DNA of 64,000 nt from Pelagomonas calceolata. Taxonomy: Eukaryota. Each line of letters begins with the position of its first letter. The first letter of the stretch is position 1. The stretch covers positions 4,216,001 through 4,280,000 of the forward strand of contig CAKKNE010000002.1 of assembly GCA_918797485.1 (NCBI GenBank). The letters run 5' to 3'. The translations under genes were made by a program, and so were the position numbers. Of this stretch, positions 19,546-29,617 are shown in pieces. The notes under the pieces were generated by a model that made no database searches, was not told where the DNA came from, and was given only the letters and a program-made list of their open reading frames with translations.

Positions 19546-20436
19546 CTACCTTCTTCGACCCATACCCCCGTAGGACTTGTTCCGGTCCCGCTCGACCTCG
19601 TCCCACGTCCGCCGCGGCGCGTCGCTTCTTTTTTTAGGACCGTCGCGCCGCGACCACGACGCCGGCGCGCCCGGCTCCCGCGAGCCGCGCCACGACGGCG
19701 CCGTGACCTCGCCCTGGCGGCCTTGCGGGACGAGCGGTGCCTGGGCCGGCTCGGGGAGGGCCTCGCGCCGGTAGTTCAGCAGCGGCGCCTCATCATCAGT
19801 CTTCGCCTTCTTCTTGCTCTTCTTGTCCTTCTTCTCGTGCTTGCGTTTCTTCTCCTTCTTCGAGGCTTTCTTGGCCTTCTTGGCCTCGCGCTTCACGGCG
19901 TCCGCGGCGGACAGCTGCCGGTGGCCGTCGCGCTGCTTAGAATCATCGGCAGCCGGCGCGAAGACGTCGACGCCCCGTTCCAGCGTCTGCGACGACGCGA
20001 GGTCCTTGTCGCGGTACGCGGCGCCCGGCGCGAACTTGGACACCGCGGGACCATAGGTATCAGGTTCATCTTCCTTGTCCCTCAATTCCGGCGGCAGCTT
20101 GTACTTCTCGCAGTGGTCCACGCGCAGGGTCCGTCGTAGGAGAGACGCACCGTTCAGGTTGTCCACGGCGAGAATGGTAGAGCGCTGGTCTTCGTACTTG
20201 CACCAGCACCAGCCGCGGGGCTTGCCCGTTTTTTTATCTCGAGGATAGTTGAAGTCCTCGACCTCGCCGAACTGCGACAAAACACAAATAATGTCTCCTT
20301 CACTTAACTCGGTGGCCAATCCTCCGACGTAGACCCACGCGCTGTCCTTGTACTTCGCGTGCCAGGACGCCTCGGGCGTGATGCCTAGCTCGAGCTCGCG
20401 CTCGTTCAATTTTTGTACTGCGGCCATGTTATTCAT
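19546..20436 (-). CDS. RBMX2: RES complex RRM protein (RBMX2/Ist3/Snu17)
   Basis: KLNERELELG..ASWHAKYKDSAWVYVGGL..ELSEGDIICVLSQFGE..YEDQRSTILAVDNLNG..RTLRVDH. Confidence 0.95.
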   Translation of the reverse strand: MNNMAAVQKLNERELELGITPEASWHAKYKDSAWVYVGGLATELSEGDIICVLSQFGEVEDFNYPRDKKTGKPRGWCWCKYEDQRSTILAVDNLNGASLLRRTLRVDHCEKYKLPPELRDKEDEPDTYGPAVSKFAPGAAYRDKDLASSQTLERGVDVFAPAADDSKQRDGHRQLSAADAVKREAKKAKKASKKEKKRKHEKKDKKSKKKAKTDDEAPLLNYRREALPEPAQAPLVPQGRQGEVTAPSWRGSREPGAPASWSRRDGPKKRSDAPRRTWDEVERDRNKSYGGMGRRR

Positions 20437-20680
20437 GATGGTGGTGCGTTTTGCGCGCGGCGCGCGTCGACGGCTTGGCTGCGCGCGGCGACGGCGACGG
20501 CGTGCAGCCTAGCCTTTGGTGTACCGCTGCTGCAGCAGGCAGCGCGCGTCTCTCACGCGCCAAACAGCACCGCACAGCGTGCGCGTGCGATATGCGGAGC
20601 ACGAATAACTGCGCAGGAGTCCTTGCTCTCCTAGCCAAAGCAAACAATCAAGAGGCAAAAACACGTTAATCCCAGGTGAG

Positions 20681-20702
20681 CTAGCGGCCTGTAAGACACT
20701 AG
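20681..20702. promoter_or_regulatory. CTAG-N14-CTAG motif copy
   Basis: CTAGCGGCCTGTAAGACACTAG in a divergent intergenic region, about 130 bp upstream of ATG 20830. Confidence 0.6.
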
Positions 20703-20829
20703 GCATCCCTAGCAAGAGCTTGGGCCGCTCCGCAAGTTGGGTTGGGCAGCCCTGAGCAGCTGTTAGAGCAGCGTGGGCAGCGCAGGTGACAATAATTGTA
20801 GTGCCCTACTAAATGCTGCAGCTCGCAAG

Positions 20830-21606
20830 ATGGCAGTACTCGACGAGTTAAGAACAGCTCGACAAGAGGGTTATGATGTCGTACAGGACACCCTAGCTTG
20901 GCTTGACACCGACGAATACAACAACGACGGCTGCGCAGATTTTCTGTCAGATATTTGCCACGATTTCGAAATCACCGAGACGGACGTTGACCTTGCACGG
21001 CTGCTTCTATCACGTGGAGCAGACGCCAATTATTGTGAGGAAGGCGACGGGTGGACCCTTTTACATGCCGCCGTCAGTTTTTCTCGCAATGAATACGGCC
21101 GAAAGCTTACCACAGCGCTCATCGGCGCCGGCGCGGATGTCAACGCGAGGGCACATGTAGATAATACTTCTCTTACTCCTCTCTGTACGTTGTTAGACAG
21201 CAATGCATGTTCCACTAGTAGACTGCCTCACTGTCTGGAAACCGCCACCCTATTACTGCGCGCCGGCGCATCACTAGACGCATGCTGGGATGATGATTCG
21301 GCCGAGGACTTTGTCGAAGCCTTGTTGCCGGTGCCTCGAAGCCGGAACGGCGTGGCCTCCGACCCCAATTTTCTCGCCCTCAAAACGCTTTTCGCCAATG
21401 TGCGCCGCGCCGGAAGTTACAAGCTGTGGACCCGCGAAAACGTCAAAGCACTGCTCCGCCTCCGGTCCCTCGTCGCGCGCGGCCGCGCCCGAGACATAAA
21501 GCGCCTGCGCGCGAAGACGCCCCGAGAATTCGCGCTCCTCTTCGCGCCGGCGTTCCCGAACGAGCTCTTCTGGAAAGTGATGGAATACTGGAATCCGCGT
21601 GTGTAA
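20830..21606 (+). CDS. Ankyrin-repeat protein
   Basis: LARLLLSRGADAN..GWTLLHAA, ALIGAGADVNA..LTPL, LLLRAGASLD. Confidence 0.8.
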   Translation: MAVLDELRTARQEGYDVVQDTLAWLDTDEYNNDGCADFLSDICHDFEITETDVDLARLLLSRGADANYCEEGDGWTLLHAAVSFSRNEYGRKLTTALIGAGADVNARAHVDNTSLTPLCTLLDSNACSTSRLPHCLETATLLLRAGASLDACWDDDSAEDFVEALLPVPRSRNGVASDPNFLALKTLFANVRRAGSYKLWTRENVKALLRLRSLVARGRARDIKRLRAKTPREFALLFAPAFPNELFWKVMEYWNPRV

Positions 21607-21635
21607 ATGTGATTACTCGCCCCCCACACCATAAG

Positions 21636-23765
21636 CTAGCAGAACGAGAACGGCCGCGTCAGGTGCAGCAGCTCCTCGACGGCCTGCTGGAACCTGAGCG
21701 GCGCCGCGCCGACGCGGTCGAAAGCCTCCTCGCTCGCGACGGGCCGCGCGGCCCGCGCGAGGAACACGTGCGACTCGGCGCCCGGCGCCAAACTGTCGTC
21801 GAAGGGCCGGTCCGTCTCCGGATTGCCGGACGCGGAGCCGCCCTGGACGAGCTGACACTTGACTCCCGGTGCTGGTAGAGCACCGCAGTCCATGGCGTTC
21901 TGGAAGGATTTCGAGGCGTGGTCTCTTTCAACAAGTAACGTATCATAGTCCATGGTCGTCTCCTGTCCCGATGCCGCGGCGACGTACATGGCCGTCTCGC
22001 GTAATCGGACCGAACACCGGCCACTCGGTAAACCCTTGGCCGACGGGTCGTTCGCCACATCAAAACCGGCAGCCAATGCCGCTAGCTCCTCGCAGAGCTT
22101 CTGCTCCACAGACTCGTCCTTGGCCGCCCAGTTGCCGCCCCTACTCGCTACTGCTTCTTCATCCAGAGCGTCGGGCGCGAGGTGGATGCCGCACTTTGAT
22201 AACTCTGCTATCAACCGTCCCGCTGTTGTACTGTTGGTCATGAGCGGCTTGAGCTCCGGTCGATCCGGCCCGACCAACCGACAGCTCCCGTCGCCCCGCG
22301 CTTCAATCTTCACGGTCATGCGAGGCGTCTCCAAACTAAGAACGGCGCAGGCCTCCTCGACCTCGGACGGGCCATCCTGTACCGCTGGCAAGGCTGGAGA
22401 TAAGGACCATGATTTGTAAAACAGATCTAAAGTACGGGGCTGCGCGATACATAAAACCCCAGTGCGATTCGACACCCAGCTCACCTCCCGCCCTGACAGT
22501 TTGATCTCGCACGTCGTGCCGTCGACCCATTTATCACACGCAGTATCAAACCACATGACGCGCAGGGCGCCTTCTTCCTCCGGTGGTACGACCGTCGGAG
22601 GTAACGATACTCGTAGCCGTATGTATTTATTTGGCTCCGGATCCTTCGCCTCGTACCTAAAAGGCTTGTCTTCTTCGTATTCGGGGAACGGCTTGACGTC
22701 CACACTTGTACTGAGACCGGTTACCGGCGTGACGAACCAGCCTTGCTTGAGCCGGCGCGCGGGCGGCGGCAATCCCAGGACTTCCACTTGGACCGACCCG
22801 CCTAACGGTAACATGTCTCGTCCTGCTAGGAGAGAGCCGTCCTCGCCCTCCGGTAGATCCATGGAAGCTCTTCGTTGGAGCAGGGTCTCTCCCGTATTTC
22901 TACGGGTAGGTCCGACATGTGCCCCACCTAAGACCATGGCTCGCACACACAACCGCTGTGTACCCAACGCCTTCGGCAAATCGACGTGCACATCCACACC
23001 ATCCCCAAATGACAACTGCTTGAAGGGCCCCCTTTGCATCGTCTGCTTCATGTTGGCCCAGATGGCTATTCTGGTAGCCTGGGCGGAACCACTGACATCG
23101 TCCTTAGCAAGGGCCAGCATCTCCCGCTTGTCCGGGTCCTGTTCATTCACCAATTTGTAGTCGTCGGAGTGCTGCAGGACGTCCGCCGTGCACCTGTTTA
23201 ACCTTTGCACGACGGCGTCGCGCAAGTTGTGCAACTGCACGTCACAGGCAGCCGCACTCGCTAGATCCCCCCTCGCGAGAGCATCAGCTCTAGCACCTTC
23301 TACACCCCTAGCGACGCCCTCTATCTCCTGAATCCGAGACAAAGAATGCTCGATCGTAAATCTACCAGCAAACTCATGTCTGATTTTCTCCTCGTTCATG
23401 TCCTGCTCCAGCCGCGCCTGGTACCCATTCACGGCCAACGCGTCGTCTCCGGTCGGCACCTGCACGCAATTTCGGAAGTGGGTCCAGTTCCGGTCCGTTT
23501 CCGCCTCTTCCCGCAAGGCATTGATCTTCGACCTCCGCCGAGGTAGGTTGCCCTCCTCGTCCCTCAGTTCGTCCTGCAGTCTTTGTAACTCCTCCTCCCG
23601 GTACGCTTTCTGCTCTGCTTTCAGTTTTTCGGCCGCGATTCTCTCGCGCTCCACACGTTCGGCCTCGGCCTTCTCCTCGGCGACGCGCCGCTCCTCGGCC
23701 AGGCGCTCCTCCTCGATGCGCTCGGCTTCTAATTCCGCCTTGGACTTCTTGCCCTTCTTGCCCAT
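21636..23765 (-). CDS. IC97/CASC1 (DNAI7)-like axonemal dynein-associated protein
   Basis: Lys/Glu coiled-coil N-terminus (MGKKGKKSKAELEAER), W..FRNC after the coil, and C-terminal LLHLTRPFSFC resemble the CASC1 family. Confidence 0.65.
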   Translation of the reverse strand: MGKKGKKSKAELEAERIEEERLAEERRVAEEKAEAERVERERIAAEKLKAEQKAYREEELQRLQDELRDEEGNLPRRRSKINALREEAETDRNWTHFRNCVQVPTGDDALAVNGYQARLEQDMNEEKIRHEFAGRFTIEHSLSRIQEIEGVARGVEGARADALARGDLASAAACDVQLHNLRDAVVQRLNRCTADVLQHSDDYKLVNEQDPDKREMLALAKDDVSGSAQATRIAIWANMKQTMQRGPFKQLSFGDGVDVHVDLPKALGTQRLCVRAMVLGGAHVGPTRRNTGETLLQRRASMDLPEGEDGSLLAGRDMLPLGGSVQVEVLGLPPPARRLKQGWFVTPVTGLSTSVDVKPFPEYEEDKPFRYEAKDPEPNKYIRLRVSLPPTVVPPEEEGALRVMWFDTACDKWVDGTTCEIKLSGREVSWVSNRTGVLCIAQPRTLDLFYKSWSLSPALPAVQDGPSEVEEACAVLSLETPRMTVKIEARGDGSCRLVGPDRPELKPLMTNSTTAGRLIAELSKCGIHLAPDALDEEAVASRGGNWAAKDESVEQKLCEELAALAAGFDVANDPSAKGLPSGRCSVRLRETAMYVAAASGQETTMDYDTLLVERDHASKSFQNAMDCGALPAPGVKCQLVQGGSASGNPETDRPFDDSLAPGAESHVFLARAARPVASEEAFDRVGAAPLRFQQAVEELLHLTRPFSFC

Positions 23766-24040
23766 ACTTGTTGGGGCTGCCCTTTTACCAGGTGGTGGCT
23801 TTCCCAGGCGGTGCGGCGCTCGTGGGCGCTTGGCTGCCTTCTTTCCGACGCGAGCGCTCGAAAGGTAACCTCTCTTTCTTGTCGCGGGGCTCCCTCGAGG
23901 CTCGGCCGGGGCAGGTTGGCATCCAGCGCTGGGCCGGGAGTTTCGTCCGTGCGGGTCCTACGATAGTAGTTAAGCGGTCACCTGAACCCTGGTGGCTCGT
24001 AGCATCGATAGCGTACGTGTCGTGGACGCGTGCTTGCTTG

Positions 24041-24062
24041 CTAGTGTCTTACAAGCCGCTAG
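24041..24062. promoter_or_regulatory. CTAG-N14-CTAG motif copy identical to 1392-1413
   Basis: GCTTGCTTG + CTAGTGTCTTACAAGCCGCTAG in a divergent intergenic region. Confidence 0.65.
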
Positions 24063-24132
24063 CCCCACTCCATAATCTCGACGATGCAGCGCTCGATGCG
24101 CCTGCGTGCCTCGCACAGCCAACACGCCATCG

Positions 24133-24453
24133 ATGCGAGCCCTAATTTTAATCCTGGGAGCGGTGCTGGGCATGTCCGAGAAGCGCGTCCAATTCAAGCT
24201 CGCAGCCACCGTAGCGTACGAGACGGTCCCGTCGCGCGCACAAACTCTAGGTGAAGCCGCAGGATTAAGGGAAGTGAAGCGCGTCTTCCGCCACGCGCCG
24301 AAGCACGAGGCCAAGCACCGGGCGCAGGGCCTGCACCTCTGGTACACGGGCGCCGCCGCGTCGGCCGCGGACGCGGATCGCGCCGTCGCGCAGCTGCAAG
24401 CGGACCCCGACGTCGCGAGCGCTGAATTAGATCAAGAAGTGCAGATGCTCTGA
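24133..24453 (+). CDS. Small secreted protein resembling a stand-alone subtilase N-terminal (pro)domain
   Basis: Signal MRALILILGAVLG; VKRVFRHAPKHEAKHRAQGLHLWY and LQADPDVASAELD resemble bacterial subtilase prodomains; no catalytic domain follows. Confidence 0.6.
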   Translation: MRALILILGAVLGMSEKRVQFKLAATVAYETVPSRAQTLGEAAGLREVKRVFRHAPKHEAKHRAQGLHLWYTGAAASAADADRAVAQLQADPDVASAELDQEVQML

Positions 24454-25262
24454 TGGCTTTTCTCACGCAACCGCTGCCGGCCGAGTTGCTCCACCTCCTC
24501 GTCGAGGGCGAGTGGGCGTTAGCGGCGCCGCCGCGCGCCGATGCCGGAGGTAATTCTGTTCCGGTGCGCCACCGCTTCGAGGCCGAGGGCGTGGACGTCT
24601 GGCTCACGCGCGATACGGGCGTGGCAGCAGAGCCGCTGGAGGCCGTGGCTCTGAATCTGGAGCGCCGCGAGGCGTCGGTCGAGCGGTCGAACGTCGGCGG
24701 CTACCACTCGCACACCGATTTGTTCGACGCCTTCCCCCGCGCGACGCATGCCGCGCGACAAGCGACGGAAATCGCGGCGAGAGCCATGGGCGCCGACGTG
24801 AGCGCTCGAGCGCCGGCGACGCGCGTCGCGGTCGAGGGCGCGCGCTTAGTGGTGGACGGCGACTACCAACTAGCGGTGCGCGCGGACGCAGCAAACTTGG
24901 AGCTCGCCGGCGCGGCGCGCGCGCACGACGCCGACGCGAGCGGCAGCGTCGAGGCGTGGGTCAACGTGTCGCGCGCCGGCCACTTCAACGCGCTCCATGA
25001 CCACGCCGGGGCGTCGGTGAGCGGCGTGATATGGGTCCGCGCGCCGCCGGCGCCGCGGGGCGTCGAGTTCAGCGGCTGCTTGTTCCTCGCGCTACGATTT
25101 CCCAGCGACGACGCCCCGGGCGCCTACGCGCTCGTCGCGCCCGCCGATCGGGCGCTCGTCGCGTTCCCCGGGCGCCTCGCGCACGCCGTGCTGCCGCTCG
25201 CGCCCGAGGCCCTGCGCGACCCGGACGACGTGCGGATCTCGCTCGCGTTTAACTATCCGTGA
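24453..25262 (+). CDS. 2OG-Fe(II) oxygenase, TIGR02466-like
   Basis: SNVGGYHS, AWVNVSRAGHFNALHDH, SVSGVIWV, FPGRLAHAVLP, RISLAFN. Confidence 0.85.
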   Translation: MAFLTQPLPAELLHLLVEGEWALAAPPRADAGGNSVPVRHRFEAEGVDVWLTRDTGVAAEPLEAVALNLERREASVERSNVGGYHSHTDLFDAFPRATHAARQATEIAARAMGADVSARAPATRVAVEGARLVVDGDYQLAVRADAANLELAGAARAHDADASGSVEAWVNVSRAGHFNALHDHAGASVSGVIWVRAPPAPRGVEFSGCLFLALRFPSDDAPGAYALVAPADRALVAFPGRLAHAVLPLAPEALRDPDDVRISLAFNYP

Positions 25263-25489
25263 TATTGTGATTCAGGGCTTGGCAGCAGATAAGGAATTTG
25301 TGGCAGGATCCGCAGGGGACGAATTGCGAAAGAAGGCAGCAAAGTGCACAGGCAAAATCCTCCGGAAAGTTCCGATTAATCCATCGATAGTCGATTAATC
25401 CATCTGCGCCAGTGGTAACATACTAGACTTCACCCAGCGTTGTGCGAGAGCCGCGGGCCCACACGGCGCCGTAGCAAGCCGGGGCAGCC

Positions 25490-26551
25490 ATGTCCGAGTT
25501 CCCGGGCCTGGAAAAATGGTACCTCCAGAAGAAGCCGACCCTATCCATCCAGGATGTGGCCCTCTGGCAGATGCTGCCGCCCCACCCCCAACGCACGAAG
25601 ACGCCGGCGGTCTTACGGGTCGCGCTGTGGAACGGCCACGTGCGGGACGTGCCCGTGCCAGATCGGTCCATGACCGCGGGGGATGTTATACGGATCATCT
25701 GCGCCACTGAAATCCACAACCCGCCGTACGACGAGACGCGGTTGTGCGTGGACGGGAATCCCGTGGCGCCCTTCCGGAGCATCATTCATTGCTTCGACGG
25801 GACGTACAAGACAGAACAGCCGAAACACCTAATCAACGAGGACGGCTCCTTACAATGTTCGATCATCATCGACCCGTGCCCCGCCGTCGCGTCAGGTATT
25901 CAACACCTCGAGCCCTGGAAACGAATGAGAGACGCGGACGACGCGTCGGACGTGGCGCATCGAACGCAAATATACCACGCTTTACGTGAAGGACGTCCAC
26001 TCCCGCAGCGGCCCGAGGTCCTCGAACCACACCTGATGAAGCCCCCGAACCACTTCGAGCGAGATTCTTCAGACCCCGAGCCCCACTCGTCCAAGCTACG
26101 CTTCGACATGTTCATGAAGCGGCGCCACGAGCCGAACCAGAAACTGTTGGAACGGGGCCGAGGTTTGATAGCAGGTCGCAATGAAAATAAAGTACGGCCC
26201 CTTAGATCTGGAAGGTGGAAGGAGAGCTTTCCCAAGAAGGTGCCTTGCTCGTACCGATGGAACGAGAAGAACTTCATGGACGAGGACACGGGGAAGCTTT
26301 CCGCGGACCCGTCGACGATCGACGAATTATATAAACCCTTCCTCATGTCGGCGAAGGAAAGGCGGCAGCGGTCGCGCGGCGGGAAGCGCGTGTCGATGGC
26401 TGACACAGACCGTCCGCAGACGCGCGGCGGTACAGCCGTTTCTGAAAAACGCGACGCGGCGGCGGACCCGCTCTCGCCCGGCGACCAGGAAAGTATCGAC
26501 ACGTTGCACGGGCGGCATCGCCGGGCGACGGTGCCGCGGGCGATGCCCTGA
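25490..26551 (+). CDS. Hypothetical protein
   Basis: 353-aa ATG ORF with coding-like composition; no family recognised. Confidence 0.6.
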   Translation: MSEFPGLEKWYLQKKPTLSIQDVALWQMLPPHPQRTKTPAVLRVALWNGHVRDVPVPDRSMTAGDVIRIICATEIHNPPYDETRLCVDGNPVAPFRSIIHCFDGTYKTEQPKHLINEDGSLQCSIIIDPCPAVASGIQHLEPWKRMRDADDASDVAHRTQIYHALREGRPLPQRPEVLEPHLMKPPNHFERDSSDPEPHSSKLRFDMFMKRRHEPNQKLLERGRGLIAGRNENKVRPLRSGRWKESFPKKVPCSYRWNEKNFMDEDTGKLSADPSTIDELYKPFLMSAKERRQRSRGGKRVSMADTDRPQTRGGTAVSEKRDAAADPLSPGDQESIDTLHGRHRRATVPRAMP

Positions 26552-26590
26552 TGGCGTAAGAGGTGTGTTGTGTACTACTATGTGTCATTA

Positions 26591-29206
26591 CTAAAGCGCG
26601 TCCAGCTCCGCGCGCAGCCCGTCCGCCGCCGTGTTGAGCTCGTCGGCCCGCTCGTAGTCCTCCGCCTCGACAGCCGTCTCTATTTCTTTCTCCAGCTCCG
26701 CGAGGCGCGCGGCCAGCGCCGCTTTCGCCTCGGCGGCCTCCGGCGAGTCCTCCTCCTCGACGGCGGGCGCCTCCTCCGCCGGCTCCGGCGACGCCGGCGC
26801 CTCCTCCTCAACAACACCGTTCTGCGACGCCTCCGAGTCCGACGACTCCGCCACGTCGTCGAGGCCGCTCTTCCTTTTTAAGTCAGAACACCGCGCGTCG
26901 AGCGTCGCGAGCTCGCAGCGCACCAGGGCGTCCGCGGCCGCGTCCAGCCGCAGACCGGTCTGCCCCGACAAAGCGCGCCGGCACCGCTTCAGGGCGCGGG
27001 CTCTCCTACGAAGCGACCGCAACACAACCACATCAGCCTCGCGCGCGACGGCGTCCAAGGCACTTCGAGCCTCGTCGCGTTTTGATCGCGCTTCATCCAC
27101 CGCTTTCGAGGCCGCGGACCGCGGTTCCGACAATGCCGCGAGCTTCTCCTCCTTCGCCGCGCGCGTCGTCTTTAATTCAGTGGCCTCCTTGGCGAGCGCG
27201 CCGGCCTCCTTGTAGTTCCTGGCTGCGGCGGCTGCTTTTTTCTGGCGTTCTAATTCCGGCAGCCGGTCATCTAAAGCCTTCAGGGCGTTTCTGAGTATAA
27301 GAGCGTCGTCGTCCAACGCGTCTCGCTTACTGCACGCCTCCCTCAACGATGCCTCGGCTTCTTCACAATTTTTACGAGGCTGCCTTAAGCTTTCATCATC
27401 ATCGTCGACCTCGTCCGCCTGCCACACCGGTTTTGAATTCGCTAATCTGTCGGCCGCGTCCAGCTCCGATGCGGCAGTCTCCGCGACCCTTCTTCGAGAC
27501 GATAGGTCCGCAGCAACGAGAGCGCCAGAACAAGCCTGCTGCGCTCTCTCCGCATCCAAAGCATGCTGTTCCCTTTCGCAATCCTTGGCGGACGCCTTGA
27601 CCATCTGGTCGCGCTGCGCTAACCTCTGGAGTTGCCGCTCGAACTTCGAGCGCGCGAGCTTGATCTTCCCGTCGCAGTCGTCGAGCTCGGCCTCGACCGC
27701 ATCTCGCTCCGCCTCTAAGACCGCGACGCGCCTCCTTAGATCTTCAAGCTCGAGCTCCTTCAAAGCGCGTTGGTCCGCCAACGCGTCTCTCCTTTCTAAG
27801 TCGCCGGACGTCTGTTGTTCTATTAACTGCTCCATGCGCTCGAATTCGTCGGCCACGAGCGCCGCATCCCTATCTACATGAGCTCTTTCCATGGCCAGTC
27901 TCTCACCCTCGGCCGCTAATCTCTTTTCCTCTGTGGAACTCTTCCTTTCGGCATTGGCCTCTTCACAAGTTAACACCGACCGCTGGTCTTCATGAAACCG
28001 TCGCAGCCAGCTCGCCAGATCTTTGAGAGCAAGTTCATGATCTTTCCTACGTTGTTCTATCGACGAGTCCTCGCTATGGACGTCTCGGTCGAGCTCGTCG
28101 AGTCGCTCGACTCGTAGCTCCACTTCTCTACGAGCCGCGTCGACCCGAACTTGCAAAGCGTCCGCCCCCTCATAATCTTCCGCTTCCGCCAACTCCGCCT
28201 GCTCCTTGAGCACTTTGGCCAAAGCTGCATCGAGTGACGAGCGCTCCTCGGCCAGAGCCTGCCTTTCGCGCTGCGCTTCCACGCCGCGTCGCTCATGCGA
28301 CGATAACCGCATACACAAGTCCTCGGTCGCGACGACAAACGCGTCGAGCGTGTCCTTGAGCTCGTCGCCCGGGCGTTTGGTGGGAGGCTCGACGACTTCC
28401 TCGCGCGGCGCATAATCAAGCTCGTCCACAGATTCGTCGGAATCGTTTCGCGCCATGGCCGCCCGGACTTTGGCTTCTAAATCAGAGGTGTCGTCCTCCT
28501 CGTCTTCGGAGGACGAGGGCGCGACGTCCGGCGTCGGCGCGCGCGCGGGCGGGCTCTTCTGCCGCGGCGACGGGCGCTTGAAGACGCCCGTCAATCTTTT
28601 ACCGGCCTCCTCCATCTTCGAGATGACCGTGGGCTTCTTGCGCTCCGCTTTCGGAGATGCTGTGTGCGGGCGCGGCGGCGGCGCGGCCCGAACGGGCGCC
28701 GGCGCGGGCGCCTCGGCGGCCTGGTGGAGCCAGGCGGCCTGCTCCGCGCTCAGGCCTTCATCAGGATCCTCCTCCTCCTCCTTTGGTGGCGAGGGCTCGG
28801 GCTCCGGAGCTGCGGGCTCCGGCTCCGGTTCTGGCGGAGGCGGCGTCGGCGGCGCCGAACCATCCTCCGAGGTGCGCTCGTACCCGACGCGCTTCGCACG
28901 CTTCTTCTTGACAATGGGCCTCCTCACAACAGGCTTGGGCGGTTCCGGGACTGGTGGTGTCGGAGCGCGGATCACCTCGGGCTCGGCCCGCAGGTCCAAC
29001 AGGCTCGGCTCCGGTGCCGGTTCTGGCTCCGGCTCTGGCTCGGGCTCCGCTGGCGGCGGCGAGTTGAGGAAAGAGAACGCCGAGCCGGTCGACTCGCGGC
29101 CGGTCGCCGGCGGCTCGGGCTCGGCGGGCGTCGCGGGCGCCTCCGGCGCGGGTGATGGGGGTTTTGACGCTTCTTGCTTCACGGAGAGGCCGCCGAAGAG
29201 ATCCAT
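26591..29206 (-). CDS. Long coiled-coil protein with UVR-like motifs and a Pro/Glu-rich N-terminus
   Basis: MDLFGGL start; LAEAEDYEGADAL, AAARNYKEAGALAKE, AVEAEDYERADEL. Confidence 0.75.
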   Translation of the reverse strand: MDLFGGLSVKQEASKPPSPAPEAPATPAEPEPPATGRESTGSAFSFLNSPPPAEPEPEPEPEPAPEPSLLDLRAEPEVIRAPTPPVPEPPKPVVRRPIVKKKRAKRVGYERTSEDGSAPPTPPPPEPEPEPAAPEPEPSPPKEEEEDPDEGLSAEQAAWLHQAAEAPAPAPVRAAPPPRPHTASPKAERKKPTVISKMEEAGKRLTGVFKRPSPRQKSPPARAPTPDVAPSSSEDEEDDTSDLEAKVRAAMARNDSDESVDELDYAPREEVVEPPTKRPGDELKDTLDAFVVATEDLCMRLSSHERRGVEAQRERQALAEERSSLDAALAKVLKEQAELAEAEDYEGADALQVRVDAARREVELRVERLDELDRDVHSEDSSIEQRRKDHELALKDLASWLRRFHEDQRSVLTCEEANAERKSSTEEKRLAAEGERLAMERAHVDRDAALVADEFERMEQLIEQQTSGDLERRDALADQRALKELELEDLRRRVAVLEAERDAVEAELDDCDGKIKLARSKFERQLQRLAQRDQMVKASAKDCEREQHALDAERAQQACSGALVAADLSSRRRVAETAASELDAADRLANSKPVWQADEVDDDDESLRQPRKNCEEAEASLREACSKRDALDDDALILRNALKALDDRLPELERQKKAAAAARNYKEAGALAKEATELKTTRAAKEEKLAALSEPRSAASKAVDEARSKRDEARSALDAVAREADVVVLRSLRRRARALKRCRRALSGQTGLRLDAAADALVRCELATLDARCSDLKRKSGLDDVAESSDSEASQNGVVEEEAPASPEPAEEAPAVEEEDSPEAAEAKAALAARLAELEKEIETAVEAEDYERADELNTAADGLRAELDAL

Positions 29207-29409
29207 CAGCCCTTGCGAACCCCCGGGATGCTGCGCGCGCGTGCGACCCGGGCCACGGGATGGCGGAGCGCTGCTGAGGCGCAGGTGTTGCGGCGCTCGG
29301 CACAAGCCGCGGCGAGCGAGAGCTGCGCGCTTTGACTAGCTTTTGCAATAATCTTCCACCCGCAAAGTGGCGTAACAGCTGGGGAGCGCAAAGAGAGTTT
29401 TTTTTGTGG

Positions 29410-29429
29410 CTAGTGTTACATGCCGCTAG
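29410..29429. promoter_or_regulatory. CTAG-N12-CTAG motif copy
   Basis: CTAGTGTTACATGCCGCTAG between divergent ATGs 29206 and 29618. Confidence 0.55.
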
Positions 29430-29617
29430 CACAGCCGTCTCGACCAAAAAAAAGCCTCGTGTGCGACGCATTGCACATTCCATAGAAGTGCTCAGCAGCG
29501 TCGCTGCTCCCGACATCGCTGGCCGCGCCTCAATAGGAGCCCTCCCGCATAGCGCTGAGGGCCCAGAGAGGAATCCTGGTTTTCAGTCTTTGTGCGCGCA
29601 CAAGTGACTGACTTGAG

